NCBI GenBank assembly: GCA_012295275.1
Contig: CM022669.1
Location: forward strand, 10,478,001 to 10,542,000
Length of the DNA: 64,000 bases
Origin: Chrysomallon squamiferum
Taxonomy: Eukaryota > Animalia > Mollusca
Direction: 5' to 3'
The position numbers were made by a program, and so were the translations under genes. Shown in pieces: positions 41,026 through 55,356 of the stretch; position 1 is the first letter of the stretch, and each line of letters starts with the position of its first letter. The notes under the pieces were generated by a model that was not told where the DNA came from, did no database searches, and saw only the letters and a list, made by a program, of their open reading frames with translations.

Positions 41026-41978
41026 ATTCAAACACATGCTTCACACACACACACACACGCACACACACGCACACACGCATACGTATACATGCAGATATAT
41101 AAAAAAATATTGTTAATGATAATTTTTTCCTCCGTCTTCATCATCATCATCATCATCATTAAAACAACAATGACAAGAACAACAATAATAATAATTATTA
41201 TTATAATCATCATCATCATCATAATAAAAATAACAATAGTAGTAAAAACAACAATAATAACAGTAATAAATTATAATAAAGAAGTTTTCTATTATTTAGT
41301 ATTATTAATGTTTATCTCCATGGGCTTAGATATTTCACTAGTTATTATTATTTTTTTCTTTTCTAAAAGACAATCTGCCAAACAATTACGATTTCAAAGA
41401 ACGAGTAATGTTCTATACGAGTTTTCTTTCCTGCCTATCAAAATTCGTTAATTACTTTTCTTCTTCATCTCGCTCGTTCATACTTACATACAAAAACAGA
41501 AACAAAAATCTTGATATCATAAAATGTATCTAGTCCTTAGTCAGAGTATCGGATCACGGATGAGATAGAACAGAATCATCAAAAACGTGACTGTCGCAAA
41601 ACCTGGCTCTGATTAATGTACGATGGAAAAGCTGTTAGCCGTGTTCAAGCCTTAGCAGAGTGCTTGTGTGCCGTGCATTTGTAATATACACGTACGAAAT
41701 ATCAGCGGTGTTTATGATGACAGATTAAGTACTGTATTATCATGCTGTTTATAAATATAAGTCGATACAGACCGGTTGGTATTGAAGTGTGTGGCTTTTT
41801 GTGTGATTCTGAGCATTAGTATTGTTATGTAGCATTTGCACTTACATACACCTGGCGAATGCTCTCAATATATTCATAAATACACATACACATGCATACG
41901 TACAGTACACTTATACGTACACATACACACATATATGTATACATACATACATACATACATACACATACATACATATAC

Positions 41979-42070
<92 letters not shown>

Positions 42071-42091
42071 GTGCATAAACACATATACATA

Positions 42092-42183
42092 CAGAGAATT
42101 ACATAGACTAAATTACGTAGTTTACGTAATTATGTGGATGTCCTGCTGTTGTTTATGATGTATTAATTAATTAACACTGGAGT
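42092..42183. repeat. Short dispersed repeat C, copy 2
   Basis: Match to 38718-38800. Confidence 0.75.
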
Positions 42184-43259
42184 AGGCCGTAGACACTGAA
42201 ACTACGTACATTAATGTCAACAAAAATAAACTTATGAAACTGGTTTATTTTCCTAAAAATGCTTATGTTTGCCCTTTGAAAAAGGATACATATTCAGTGA
42301 GGCACCTATACACATATACATACGCACGTACGTACATGTATAAAGACTAAAAAAAAAAAAACCCCACGTACATACACTTGCAGATTTATACTAATAATCC
42401 TAAATATTTTAAGAAACTTTTCAGTTATATAAAGTTTTTAATGGAATCAGTTTTACTCTGTCTGTAGAACTAGCAATTACTTGAAACAAAATAACTGGAT
42501 TCACAAATTCATAAATTCTTTATTTTTTCTAAACCTATAAGCCAGTCAGACAGGAATGCATCCATCGTTCTGTCATTTCTTAGCTCGGATCAAGACTGTA
42601 AATTATTTCTGTTCAGCAGACATTTCATTTTAAAGTTAGTTATCTTATTAAAAAGTGCAGGGCGTTTGTATTTCTTTTTTAAATTCAGTTATATATGTAT
42701 ATCAGCGTATTTGTATGTATGTATGTATGTATGTATATATGTATGTATGTATGTATGTGTGTATGTATGTATGCATGTCTGTTTGTCCTGTATTATATAT
42801 TTGCATTGACAACAAGAACATTTACATTAAAATTTGTGCGGAAACGCTGTCTCTTCTTGTTTGATGTCTGGTGTTTTCATTATTACAAGTTAATGTCATT
42901 TATTTTCGAATCTCTGCATAATTGCATACACACGTCATTGTGATCTCTCCTGGAACAAGTCTTTGATGAAGCATGCTTGTAATTACCACACCCACATTCA
43001 GTGTTTGTCTTTGATATTTTGACAGAACTTTAATAGGTTTTATCAAACATATGCGCACTGGTATTAATAGGTCCGTTGTACTTTTCTTTCCGAAGGATAA
43101 AAAAAAAAAAAAAAAAAAGAAGAAAAGAAATGGAAAGAACAGAAGAAAAGAAATAAAAAAATGAAAGAAGAAAGAAAAAAATGAAAAAGAAAAAGAAAGA
43201 AAGAAAACGCTTGAAGTTCTTCTAGAAACACAGTGCGTGTACTGACTTCAATAAATGCT

Positions 43260-43293
<34 letters not shown>

Positions 43294-44002
43294 GCACACG
43301 CACACACACACACACACACACAGAGATACAGACGCAGATGCAAAAAAAAAAAAAAAACGCGCGCTCGCACACGCACATGCAATGACACACAAGAACCAGA
43401 CAAATATCATTTACGTTACCAAACACCTTTACCTAGACTCACTATTCCAAAACAATTTCTTTTTTTTTTTTTTTTTTAAATAACGTTCGTCATTATCGAC
43501 AATGCATTCTGTTTAATGTATAAGTAATGATTTCATAAAGACGATAATCAGGGTTCAGTGCCTGCGTTATTAGATCAGTTTATAGAACTGTGCATTAAAT
43601 CGCGCGATTGCTTGAGTAAATTCACCTTTAACGGACACCCACACATCCACATCTGAGTGACGATGCAAGCGATGATTATTCGTCAGAAATAAATATTGCT
43701 TGTCTATCAACGCAGTAAGCAGCATTTACATCTATCAACCCGCTTGCGTATCATTTAGACACGTAGGTAGGTATGTTTGTTTCATCAGTTGTTGATCAAT
43801 CAATTACCGTATCTGCCTGATTAGGAACAATCATAGCAGCGGACGCCGTTTTACGTTATATAGAATAACATGTTGACGTCATCGGAAGTGTTATACAGAG
43901 TTCCCTGCGTCTGTAGATATTTAATTACGAACATAATATATGGTATTGTACATGTATGTATATACTGGGTGTAAATGTATGTATGTATGAATATGTGCGT
44001 GC

Positions 44003-44041
<39 letters not shown>

Positions 44042-45667
44042 TAGGCCTGTGTCTTTCATTACAGATTTCTTCATGTTGGATGCTGGTGTGATTATATTTT
44101 TAAATTCACTTTTAATGTGTGTCTGACGCTGACAGGAAAAGCTGCAGAAAGGATTATTTTCTTAATCGATTTTTACAAATTTATTATCGATCTTAAAAGG
44201 ATTTATTTTTTTCCTTCAGTTTTCTTTTTTTCTTGAAAAATATGTTAACCTTTATGGAAGCTTTTTTTTTTTTTTTTTTTTTTATAATTTTTTTTTTTAT
44301 TTTTTTTTTTTTTTTTTTTTTTTATAATGATTAATTTCTATTATAATTATTTCAACCACAACAACAAGAATAATAATAATCGTGATAATTGTGAAATAGT
44401 AATGATGATGTGATGATAATGATAATGATGATGCTAATAATTTAAAAAACCCATTAGACTAACAACATAAATTTTTTTTTTTTTTTTTTTAAATTAGACC
44501 TGTCAGACTTATGTTAAGATGAGAGAAAAAAACAAAAGGTGAAAAAAGAAGAATATAATACATAACACGTTGGATTTCATAAAAAGTTGCGGTCAACTAC
44601 CTTTGGCCACATAACTGTTTCCTTCACTGAGCATTAGCACTGAGAGAGATGTCTGTCATTACAGGGTTCTGTTAATAAGAGACATGAAAAGAAAATTTAA
44701 CAACAGAAAATGTTGACGGAAACCCATTAGGTAGGAAATGTTACGGCTGCCTGTCTGTTATGTAATCGTTTTCTTATTCGCTCCTCGTAATTTAAATTAA
44801 TAAATTGTCCTTGTGTTATTATTACTTTTTTATTTCATTTTTTTACCATCCGAAAATATGACTGAAAAAGTGACAAAAAACACACACACGCCAAAAACGA
44901 TCAATAATAATAATAATAATAATAATAAGTAAAACAACAACAATAACAATAATAAAATAACAATAACAACAACAACAACAACAACAATAATAAAATAACA
45001 ATAACAACAACGACAATAATAATAATAACAACAATAATAATTTCAAAAATGTGAGCATCGCCTTGGAATAATACGTTATTATCCGCACTTATTTCAAAAC
45101 AAAATCTTCTACTTATTGATTTTGTTTAAGTTCACATTAAAAATAGTTTTAATAACAGAAAAAAAAAAAAAAAAAAATTTAAAATTAAAAAATATTAAAA
45201 TTAAAAATAAAAATAACAAAAAAAATATGTAAAATAAACAAGCATTAAAAAAAAAGAAAAAGAAGGAACTCCTGTGGAAATTCTTATAAACTAAAATAAA
45301 CTGTTATTGAAGTCTCTGCGCCGTGCTAACAGTCAGTGCAGAAACATTATTTGACCAACTGAGATCCTGATTAGTCCAGCGTAAGGAAACAAGAAAATAG
45401 ATTTAAAAAAAAAAAACTTCTATCACATTTGTGATCAGTGTCTGAATAGTCAATTCCTTGTCAGCCTTGCTTAGAACTCTTTCCATGGACTACTCTGTGA
45501 ATATTACTCTTAATTTAATTTTTGCATAGTTTAATAACTTCAGCGTCGGTTTTCTCAGAGTGAGTATTCTGATCGTGTCCATTCTAAATCATTTATTCAT
45601 GTGTTTAAAAAATTCGGTCAAAATTTTAATGCACTGGAATAATATGAGATCTTTATTTTATTACATT

Positions 45668-45706
<39 letters not shown>

Positions 45707-46467
45707 TCTATTCATTTATTTATTATTGTTGTTGTTGTTGTTATTATTATTATTATTATTTTTTTATTATTATTTTTTTTTTACAATCTGCAAATTTTAA
45801 ATGATGGTTATATGGCATTTTGTGTCAGTACTCTACTAAGTTATTTGACTTATTTTAAATCAGTCCTCTGTATTGTGTTATTTGACTTATTTTATATCTT
45901 TAGTAACAGTCCTCTCTATTAAATTATTTTACTTGGCTTAATATGATATTACAAGTAAATTTATTTATTTATTTATTTATTTATTATGATCTAAACTTTC
46001 TAAGTTCGGCTATTGAACAAAAGTTTACTTTATCTCAGACCATATTTTCTCTTGCGGTTTGAAATTATGTCCATGAAAGGCAAGAATGAGCATTTTATTT
46101 ATGGAAACGTACTTAAAATTAAATACACCCACACAGTTTGAACTGATCAGTACAGAAGTCATTAGCTGCACTCTAACTTTGCTGATCCTAGGAGAAGTTT
46201 GGGCGGACAAGTAAAAGCCTGTCAGACTGTGTGTACGTATCTGTGAGATTCCAGTGTCTCACTCGCTGTACTTTTAAACACGTGTCAGACGTACAGCGTG
46301 ACATAGCCTTGAAAAGAACCGATCCTACGTCAGCCAGGTCTTAGACTCTTGTTTTCAGATGAGACACGTCATCTACAGCTAACCACTAAACAAACAAACA
46401 AACAAACAAACAAACAAACAAAAAAACAAACAACAAAAGAAAGAAATAAAGAACAACAACAGGACTA

Positions 46468-46503
<36 letters not shown>

Positions 46504-47179
46504 CAATTAATAATAATAGTAACAACAACAACAACCGTAATGTCCGATCCACAAAGAAGAACGTGGAATATTTTTGAATACGTAATACACAGGAAAGCTG
46601 ATGACACGTCTTGCAGATAATTATTATGATTAATATTTGCGTGATTATAAAACGCATGTGTAATGTAAGACAATAGACTGACTAACTGCGAGCGAGTAAA
46701 ACAAGATGGCGTGGTAGCAAAGCTCTTTCTGCACGGCAGATGATTAAAAACTGCTACGTGGACCTTAATAACGTCATGTCGAACAGGCTTAACGTTGTGT
46801 TGTGGTTTGAAAACTGCGATAAGCTCTTTAGAGTCCATTATGTCTACATGGACGTCAAGAACAGGTTTAGTTAGACGCCTGTCACCGTTCAGACAGTGAA
46901 GTTAGAGTACGTCAGGTTTCTGACACTGGTTTCTGACACTGGTTTGTGTCAATGGCCGATGTCTTATTACGTCTTTCGTCAGTGTCTTTCTGAGTGTTTA
47001 AGATATCAGTATTTACTGATGTTTTGTTTGTTTTTTTTAAAAAGGAAACAGTGGTTATGCTTACTGAACTAAAAAGTTAATTAAACATTCTAGCGCAGTC
47101 ATATTTCAGTCCTAGTGGTTACTTTTCTATTGAGTGATTTTGATTCAGTATGTTCTTCATGGTATATTGTTGTTTTGAT

Positions 47180-47213
<34 letters not shown>

Positions 47214-47560
47214 CGTAAAGATTCATTTCTATATAATTATAATTGTCATCTAATACTGATTTTTATTTTGGGTTTAATTAATTCTATTTGTATTTGTTTT
47301 TGATATTTTTGTGAATTTCTAAAGATATCCATGATTAATTTCTATTTGTAATCTAACTTTATTGTTTACTGCTATTCTAATTTTAATTTTTATGAATCAA
47401 TCATTTTCTTTTTCCCCCTTGTTCCTTTCTTTTGTTTTCTTTAATCTAACTCTGCTCTATTTTATATTATTTTATTTTAGTTATTTATATTTTCTTATTT
47501 ATTATTATTGTTTCAATATTCAATTCTTATATTGGCGGTGAAATAAATTTATTTTCTTAT

Positions 47561-47649
<89 letters not shown>

Positions 47650-47712
47650 CCTCCCTCCCTCCCTTCCTCCCTCCCTCTCTCTCTGTGTGTGTGTGTGTGT
47701 GTATGTGTGTGT

Positions 47713-47873
47713 GTGGACACCGCAACACATTTTCTTATTGCACAAATCCATCTTTAAATTTACTCTTAGCAACTGAAATCCTCAGAGCATTGCAAAAAAT
47801 GATAATGAAAAGAATTTTTTTTTTATTTTTTTTTCCAGCAGTAATCAAGTACGTCGTTCAGGGAAATATGGCT
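47713..47873. repeat. Dispersed repeat family B, copy 2 (preceded by (CT)n(GT)n)
   Basis: Match to 40864-41025, including the identical core CTCTTAGCAACTGAAATCCTCAGAGCATT. Confidence 0.88.
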
Positions 47874-48469
47874 GATGAAACTATACAAACACACGTGAAA
47901 AATATTTATACAGAAAACATTCACTTCAAGGCCAACAAACACTTAATTCGGTAAAAACGATTAAAACCTCAAACAGGCTTTCTTTATATACTAAAGTGCC
48001 CGTCATCATATTTTCATTAATAAATTAAAATATAATCTTATGTTAGTTTACGACAAATTCTGTTGCAACGAAATTATCTTTTTATTAGATCCGTTCCGCC
48101 AAGGGAACAAGTTAAACTGACGTTTGATTATTAAGTTTAAAAACTGGAAAACTTCATCATATTATGTAAAGCGACCATTACGAATCAATGTGGCATAATG
48201 GATTTCAATTTGAAAATGGCAAATGGTTGTTTGTTCTGAACTTCTCTCTTACTTAGCGTTTTTTTTTCGACTCAGGACTGCCCAACATGAAATGAATATA
48301 CTTCGAGAGCGCACAGTGACCGTGTCATGTTCATTGCAGTTAATTTAAATTCAGCTTGTGTCTTTGTGAAATAGAAATATCATTATCAGAACAGACGTTG
48401 TTCCTAGTGTGTTGTTGTTGTTGTTACATAGTGAATTGTTTTAACTGGTTTATTCATTTTAAATATTAC

Positions 48470-48715
48470 GTATATATGTATGTTTGATGTGTATGTGTGT
48501 GTATTTATGTATGCATGTATGTATGTTGTATGTATGTGTAAGTATGTATGTATATATGTATATATGTATGTATGTATATACGTATGTATGTATGTATGTA
48601 TGTGTATGTATGTATGTATGTATGTATGTTGTATGTATGTATGTATGTGTGTATGTGTGTATGTATGTATGTATGTATGTATGTTTGTATGTGTATATGT
48701 ATGTACTACATATGT
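48470..48715. repeat. Degenerate (TATG)n/(TG)n compound microsatellite
   Basis: Directly visible; the source of the MYVC and HTYI pseudo-ORFs. Confidence 0.95.
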
Positions 48716-48952
48716 ACGTCAGTAATAGAATGTTTATGTATGCATGTACAAATATAGGTCCATTTGCAAGCAAGCAATGTATGGAAAGGTATATGCTGCC
48801 TGTATTTCGTTTTGGATATCACCCGTTCCAACCAGATATCCACAATTGGATTTTCCAGAACAGTGATATGTGTTTTGCTGTTTATGGGAACTCTCACATA
48901 AAACATAACATTCCATTGTTACTAATCGATCAAAGGAAAGATTTTTTTTTTT

Positions 48953-49225
48953 ATAATTTGATTATAAAATATAAATTTTATTGTACATCTTAGTGTCTTC
49001 ATTGCAAAATATAATTCATACTGTTCATTTTAATGACTGTTAGTTATGAAATATATATTTAATTGCTCCTCTTAATAACTTGATTATAAAACATAAATCA
49101 TATTCTTCATAATAATAACTCTCTATTATTAAATATAACTTGTATTATATATCTTAATAACTGTTGATTATGAAATATAAATCATATTATACATAACAAT
49201 AATGGTTTCTGATTACAGAATATAG
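48953..49225. repeat. Degenerate AT-rich ~40-45 bp tandem repeat
   Basis: Recurring TAATAACTGTTGATTAT(A/G)AAATATAAATCATATT.TACATC, about 6 copies. Confidence 0.7.
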
Positions 49226-49423
49226 TGAGATATTCTGAAAGAACTGTTTGTTGTGTTGTGCTTTTAACAGCTTGTTATTGAGCTAGAGTGATGGTGTGCT
49301 AGCCTGATCTGTCACGTGTGATTACTGTTATATCTCCCAGACAAATATAGCTGACAACATCGCCTAGAGAAAACTTCTTTTAAACCTTATACATACAACA
49401 TGAATAATGGTTTTTTTTTAAAA

Positions 49424-49502
<79 letters not shown>

Positions 49503-50364
49503 TGTGTATGTGTGTGTGCATATATATCAATTAAATTAATGTAAATAAATAAATAAATGATGCAGCTGTAATGTATTAAGCATGAATATAGGAATAATAA
49601 TGATGAAAAGCATGGTAATAATAAATTTTAAGACTACGATAATAGTGGTGAATACAATGTTAATATTAATGGTACCTCTTATTCAAACTTACCATGATGT
49701 TTCTTGTTTGCTGTGATAGCAGCACTAGTAATATTAGTAACAGTAACAGCAGTAATATTAACAACAGGAGTATAACAGTAATAGTAGTATCAACAGCATT
49801 ATTATCAGATTGCAGTAGCATCGTTAATGTTATCAGTAATATTAATAGTATTTGCAGTAGCAACAGTAGTGGTAGTAATAACAGAAGCATAAGCAGCATT
49901 AAGGAAAAGCACAGCAAAAACGACGACAGTGATGATGATGACGATGTCGGTCTATGAGGGCAGTTATCTCATAAATACGATGGTTGTTATGATAAGCAGC
50001 AAGCTCTTTACTTGCTTTCACTGCGTGTGTATTACTTCTATCACCATTAAACCGGTATCGAAATAAACGCTACGCTGTGTAAATCCGACAGCCTATGACC
50101 AGTTATCGGTCTGGTTTGTTCAGCTTCGATGTGCTAATTGCGTGTAGTTTGCAGTTGTAAAGCGATTGTAATCGGTTGATCGTATTTAACAAAATCTAGC
50201 GCTGCAAGGCGACTGACAGGCCTGGGCTAACTTGGTTCGTTACCCCCATTTATGAAAGACAACGAAAGAGATAAATCGTGTTAATAGCTATGGAACAAAC
50301 GCTTTAGAGATACCATTTGAATGCATACAATATAAAATGCCCGAGGCGTATGCATGAGACAGAC

Positions 50365-50439
<75 letters not shown>

Positions 50440-50889
50440 CTGTATAGAGAGAGTATCTGTATCATTCTGTATCAAGCTATAGTTATTTATTTTTTTGTTT
50501 GTTTGTTTTTCAGGTGTTTTAGTTTTGTTCTAACTATGTGGTATAGATATATGTAACATCACACAGGAGTGATTTCATTTGAGTAAATGCAGGTGTCAAT
50601 AATAAAATTCTATCGGTGTACAACACAGAACTGCCACAAAGCCAAACCCGTACATACGTCACTTTATCTCATCATGTTTGTCCCCGCGAATTCCACCATA
50701 TTCTAAAAGCACTAGCTGCAGTGACTGCTAGTTCAGGGCACAGAAATGCCATGGTTACCAGTCCATTCTTGTTTCAGTGTGCATGGGTGTATGTCAAAAC
50801 AAGAATCACGAGAGAAAAAATGTTTTCAATATCGATCCATTAATCAGTTTGAAACTAGAGCTATTTACGATATTTTTTCTAATTGTATC

Positions 50890-50927
<38 letters not shown>

Positions 50928-51718
50928 TATTTATTTTAATTATAGATATAAACTACATTTTCTCAGCGTGTTGTTATTAGAATTAATAAACAAAATTGAC
51001 AGTCGCACGTTATCAGTCTAGATGGATTTTTCTTTGGATAATAATTCTACAATATTTCGAAGGGAAATATGAACTTAGGGACCATGCTCCAAGATAGCTA
51101 AATTTCGCATAACACCGGTGAATATATTTGGTTTAGAACTGGTTAAGAGATTATACAATATTTTCTCTTTTTAAGTTTAATTTAACATAATTTAGTTAAC
51201 TGAGACTTGATAATAAAGTAACTAAGTTTTATAGGCTAAATGACAGTAAAAAAAAAAAATAAAAAAAAAAAAAAAAATAAAAATGAAAATGAAAATAAAA
51301 ATAAAATGAAATAAAATAAAATGAAAAAAATAAAAATAAAATAAAGTATAATAAACATGAAAATAAAATAAAATGAAATGAAATAAAATAAAATGAAATA
51401 AAAAAAATAATAATAATAAAAAAAATAAAGTAAAATAAAAATGAAAATAAAATAAAATAAAATGAAAGATAATAAAATACAACTAACTAGAAATTATTAA
51501 TAGTAAAATTTTAATTTTTTTTCTTTATAATTTGAATATTAGCTATCTCGTCATAAACATCCCACAAATATAGAACATAATTATTAACAGCGTATAAAGA
51601 ACAGCGAGTTTTAAATGCATATTGGATCAATTTTTATATTTCAGTATTTCAATCCACAGCTTTCTTTCTATTCTAAGTCTCAAACCAGGAAAAAAAACAC
51701 AACAACAAATAAACAAAC

Positions 51719-51751
<33 letters not shown>

Positions 51752-52306
51752 GTACTGGTTTTTTGTCGTATTTTTTTGTTAAAGAAAAACAAAAACAACC
51801 GTAGTTGAGTTCGCTTAATGTGACAGTCTACTCTGTTTGGTATTTCAATGTGCGTCGTCTCCGGACTAAAAATGAAGTGAACAGGAAAGTCAAACGCATC
51901 CATCAATACGGCCAAGCATTACTCACTGACAAGAAGGTAAACACAACTCGCTTGTGTTTCAAACCAGTGAAATTGCTTTAATTACTGAGAAGGATTCCGT
52001 GGGGAATTCTGCGATAAACTCAGCAATCGACGACTTGGCTATCTGTAGCTTTATCTGTAAACAAATTAATACACTGGTTTATTCAGTGGTCATTTTTATT
52101 CTAATACACTTTTCTATTTCTTTTTCTTTCTTTGTGACAGAATGAAAGTCATTGACCCTAAAATGTATTTCAAAAAGTTAAAACATACAAATAACTGTGT
52201 GTGGCTGTGTTTGTGTGTATGTATGTATGTCTGTGTGTGTATGTGTGTGGGTGTGTATGTATATATATATATATATATATATAGATATATAACCACACAC
52301 ACACAG

Positions 52307-52337
<31 letters not shown>

Positions 52338-52558
52338 TTCTAAGCTAATTCATCACGATGATAATGGTTTTTGTTTTGATAATAAGGTGCAATGGAAACA
52401 GGATAACTAGACAAATAATAATAATAATAATAAATGCAGAATACTGAAATTTAAATGAATATCATTTCTTTTTTCTTGCAGTAAGCAGATATTTAATAAT
52501 ATATTTTTTTTAATTTAAATGCTGTTTTTGTTTTTTTCAGACGTCTTCATATTTAATT

Positions 52559-53317
52559 ATGGACCAACAACGCGAATACGCCAACTACAGAAACATGTTT
52601 GAATCAAGGACAAACGTTTCGTCTCTCTTCAACTTCACTGGAGCAGACGACATCCTTCGAGAATTCGAAACGAATTTATATTCATCGATGAACTACAGGA
52701 CACTTATTCTACTCTCCATGTACGTCCCTGTGTTCGTTGTGGCGTTGCTAGGCAACCTACTTATCATCTGCGCGGTGGCTGGTGAAAAGACGATGAGGAA
52801 AGCACGGAACTATTTTCTGATCAATCTAGCTTGCTGTGACCTTTGCGTGACCTTGGTGTGCATGCCCATAGCTGTCGGAACCATCACCTACAAACTGTGG
52901 ATATATGGCGACTTTCTCTGCAAGACAACGTCCTTTTTGCAAGGTATGGAGCAATGAAGTCAGAGTTAATACCATATTCATATTTTTTAGTTTCAGAAAT
53001 ATAAAGCAAAATGAATAAGTATTATTAAATAACGGAAGAACGACTACTGAAGGAATTAACAGAATCAAAATAAATGTTATCAACAAAAACAGACAGGCAG
53101 ACAAACAAACAAACAAATACGTAAATAAATAAATAAGGAAAATATATCTTTTCATCCATCCGCTTGTAGAATCCATCTGTTTATCCATCCGTGCATCCAT
53201 CCATGCATCCATCCATTCATCTATCCGCCCGTCATTCTTTTTATAGCTCATATTTTTTCTGTGTATGTATATATAGGTGTGTGTGTGTATGTACGTATCG
53301 ATCTATATATATATGTA

Positions 53318-53362
<45 letters not shown>

Positions 53363-54963
53363 CTGTTTATATATTATACCAATTTCCAGATTATTTCAAT
53401 AAATAAATCAAATAAAGAAGGAAATAAAAAAGAATCTCTTTATTCACGTCTGAAACATAGCTACAGCAAATGTTAAAAAATTGCTGACTTCATTTTAAAC
53501 GAATATATTAATATTATTTTTTTCTCGCTTTCTTTCAAATCCTCTACAGAGAATAACAAAGCAACAGCCAATTTATGATTAAGAAAAAAACACGAGATTT
53601 TGCACTATTGATTGAAGTGTAATCTCCACTGCTGGTTGTGTTATAAAAAATGATATACTTCCAATACAGTAATGCTTTCAAATCTCTGCTTAGCAGTAGT
53701 GTTTCAAAGTGTATGACCTTTTTTCCTCGTTATATTTTAGAATAACAAAAGATTCTGGTGATCTCGTTTGACAGCAAAATATCTCTTGTTAAAATGTAAA
53801 ATTAAAGATCGAATATGGAAGACACTCTCTGTTGTGTTTTGATCGTACGGTATGATATTGTAAAGTGTATCCAATTAAATGTCGACCTCATACAAAATAC
53901 TTCAAATAGCCGTGGTGGAATTAGACGCAGACTGGTTCATAGAACCCAAGTTTTCAGCTTTATGATGTTCAAATTTTATGTTGTAAGAAGCTAAATATAA
54001 AAGTATAATGTTAAAACATGAACCTGATTACTATGTTGTTTTTTTATATTATTAATCACAAGAATAACTATACTTCACTATATTATATTATAATCATGTT
54101 CGTCCATACAAATTAAAAACACTGCAGTCATTGAAATTAAAGTTATTAGTGCTCGTTACTTGAAAATACACATTCTGTATGTTCTACGGTATAGAATTTC
54201 GTAACTTAAAAGTTGTAAAAGTATTATCGCGAATAGCTGTTACAGTTTTCTGTCGTTAGCGTCTTACAACGATGTTTGTCTGTTTTCAGGTATCGCTGTG
54301 TCCACTGGCATATTCACGCTGACGGCCATGAGCATAGATCGCTTTCTTGCCATTCAGCGGCCGGTGACGAATCACAAAATCACCACCCCGGGCCAGGCTC
54401 TCGTTATCATCGGCGTCACGTGGGTTGTATCGGCAGCCTTTATGGGACCCTTCTTCTACATCAAGAAACTCGACACTTTGCACTTCACGTCGCTCGAGCC
54501 CATGTACTTCTGCATCGAAGACTGGCCGAGAGACTACGACAGAAAAGCCTTTGGGATATTTCTGCTGTTCGCTAACTACATCATCCCTGCGATCACTCTG
54601 ACGGCCTGTTACTCGCACATCGGGAAGAAACTCTGGTCTAACGACATCTACAGACAGTCGTCGGACAGCAGCACCACGCGCTTGTGTTCCCGGAAGAAAG
54701 CTGCGCGCATGCTCATTATTTTGGTGATCATATTCATGGTGTGCTGGCTTCCGTATCAGATAACCTCTCTTTGTATTGATCTTGAAGAGAACAGCGACCC
54801 CGTCGTTTTACTTCCATTCGCTATCTGGCTGGGGCATGCGCACAGTGCCATTAATCCGGTAATGCTCTGGGTTCTTAATCGACAGTTTCGACAAAAGGTG
54901 AGAGCGATGCTCAGAAAATTCCGTCGACGAAATGAATTTTACAATGATCCTCGTTTTGTATGA
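52559..54963 (+). CDS. Class A (rhodopsin-family) GPCR, neuropeptide-receptor type (orexin/allatotropin, SIFamide/NPFF, CCK/QRFP neighbourhood; ligand unknown), 2 coding exons, 352 aa
   Basis: Exons 52559-52943 (donor GTATGG, phase 1) and 54290-54963 (acceptor TTTTCAG) join in frame as FLQG|IAVS. Seven hydrophobic segments with GN (TM1), NYFLINLACCD (TM2), W.YG..LCK, SIDRF (TM3), C.EDWP (ECL2), CWLPY (TM6) and HSAINP (TM7). N-terminal NVS and NFT glycosylation sequons. A splice acceptor at 52540 just upstream of the ATG implies at least one 5'UTR exon. Confidence 0.93.
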
Positions 54964-55350
54964 AAACTTTGCCTTTAGCAACAGACGGTGTCCTTTACTC
55001 TGTGATGAGATGAGGAAGAAGTAATTCCCCTAACAAATACGATCAGACACCTTTTTCCAGGGCGGGTCAACATTGACGATGTCCCATATAACTTTGAAGA
55101 TGACATTAGTTTTATTCTACAAAGAGAAAGAAAAGCGTATGTTGCCCATATTCTTTAGGGGACTGCTTCTGGTCTAATCTCGTAGAATTCCACTCCAGGG
55201 TGGTGATTAAATTCAGTGATGAAGAGACTAATTCCAGAGAGTGACTGATGGCGAAAGGTTGATCCTGACTCATAAAGAAGACAAATATATCAGTCACTGT
55301 TGGAAAAATCCAGACACATTTAACTGCCTTGAGGTATCAGACGTTGCTCT

Positions 55351-55356
55351 AATAAA
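55351..55356 (+). other. Candidate polyadenylation signal of the GPCR
   Basis: First AATAAA ~390 nt after the stop, with a second near 55389. Weak evidence in AT-rich DNA. Confidence 0.3.

Noticed and set aside
54276-54618. Alternative-frame ORF 54276-54575 (+) and antisense ORF 54286-54618
   Set aside because: They overlap GPCR exon 2, start in the intron or at non-ATG codons, and are typical shadow ORFs.
54958-55024. Possible longer GPCR C-tail via the GTATGA donor overlapping the stop, or via a frameshift
   Set aside because: Weak exonic donor context (TTT|GT), no downstream coding exon found, and the alternative frames close within ~20 codons.
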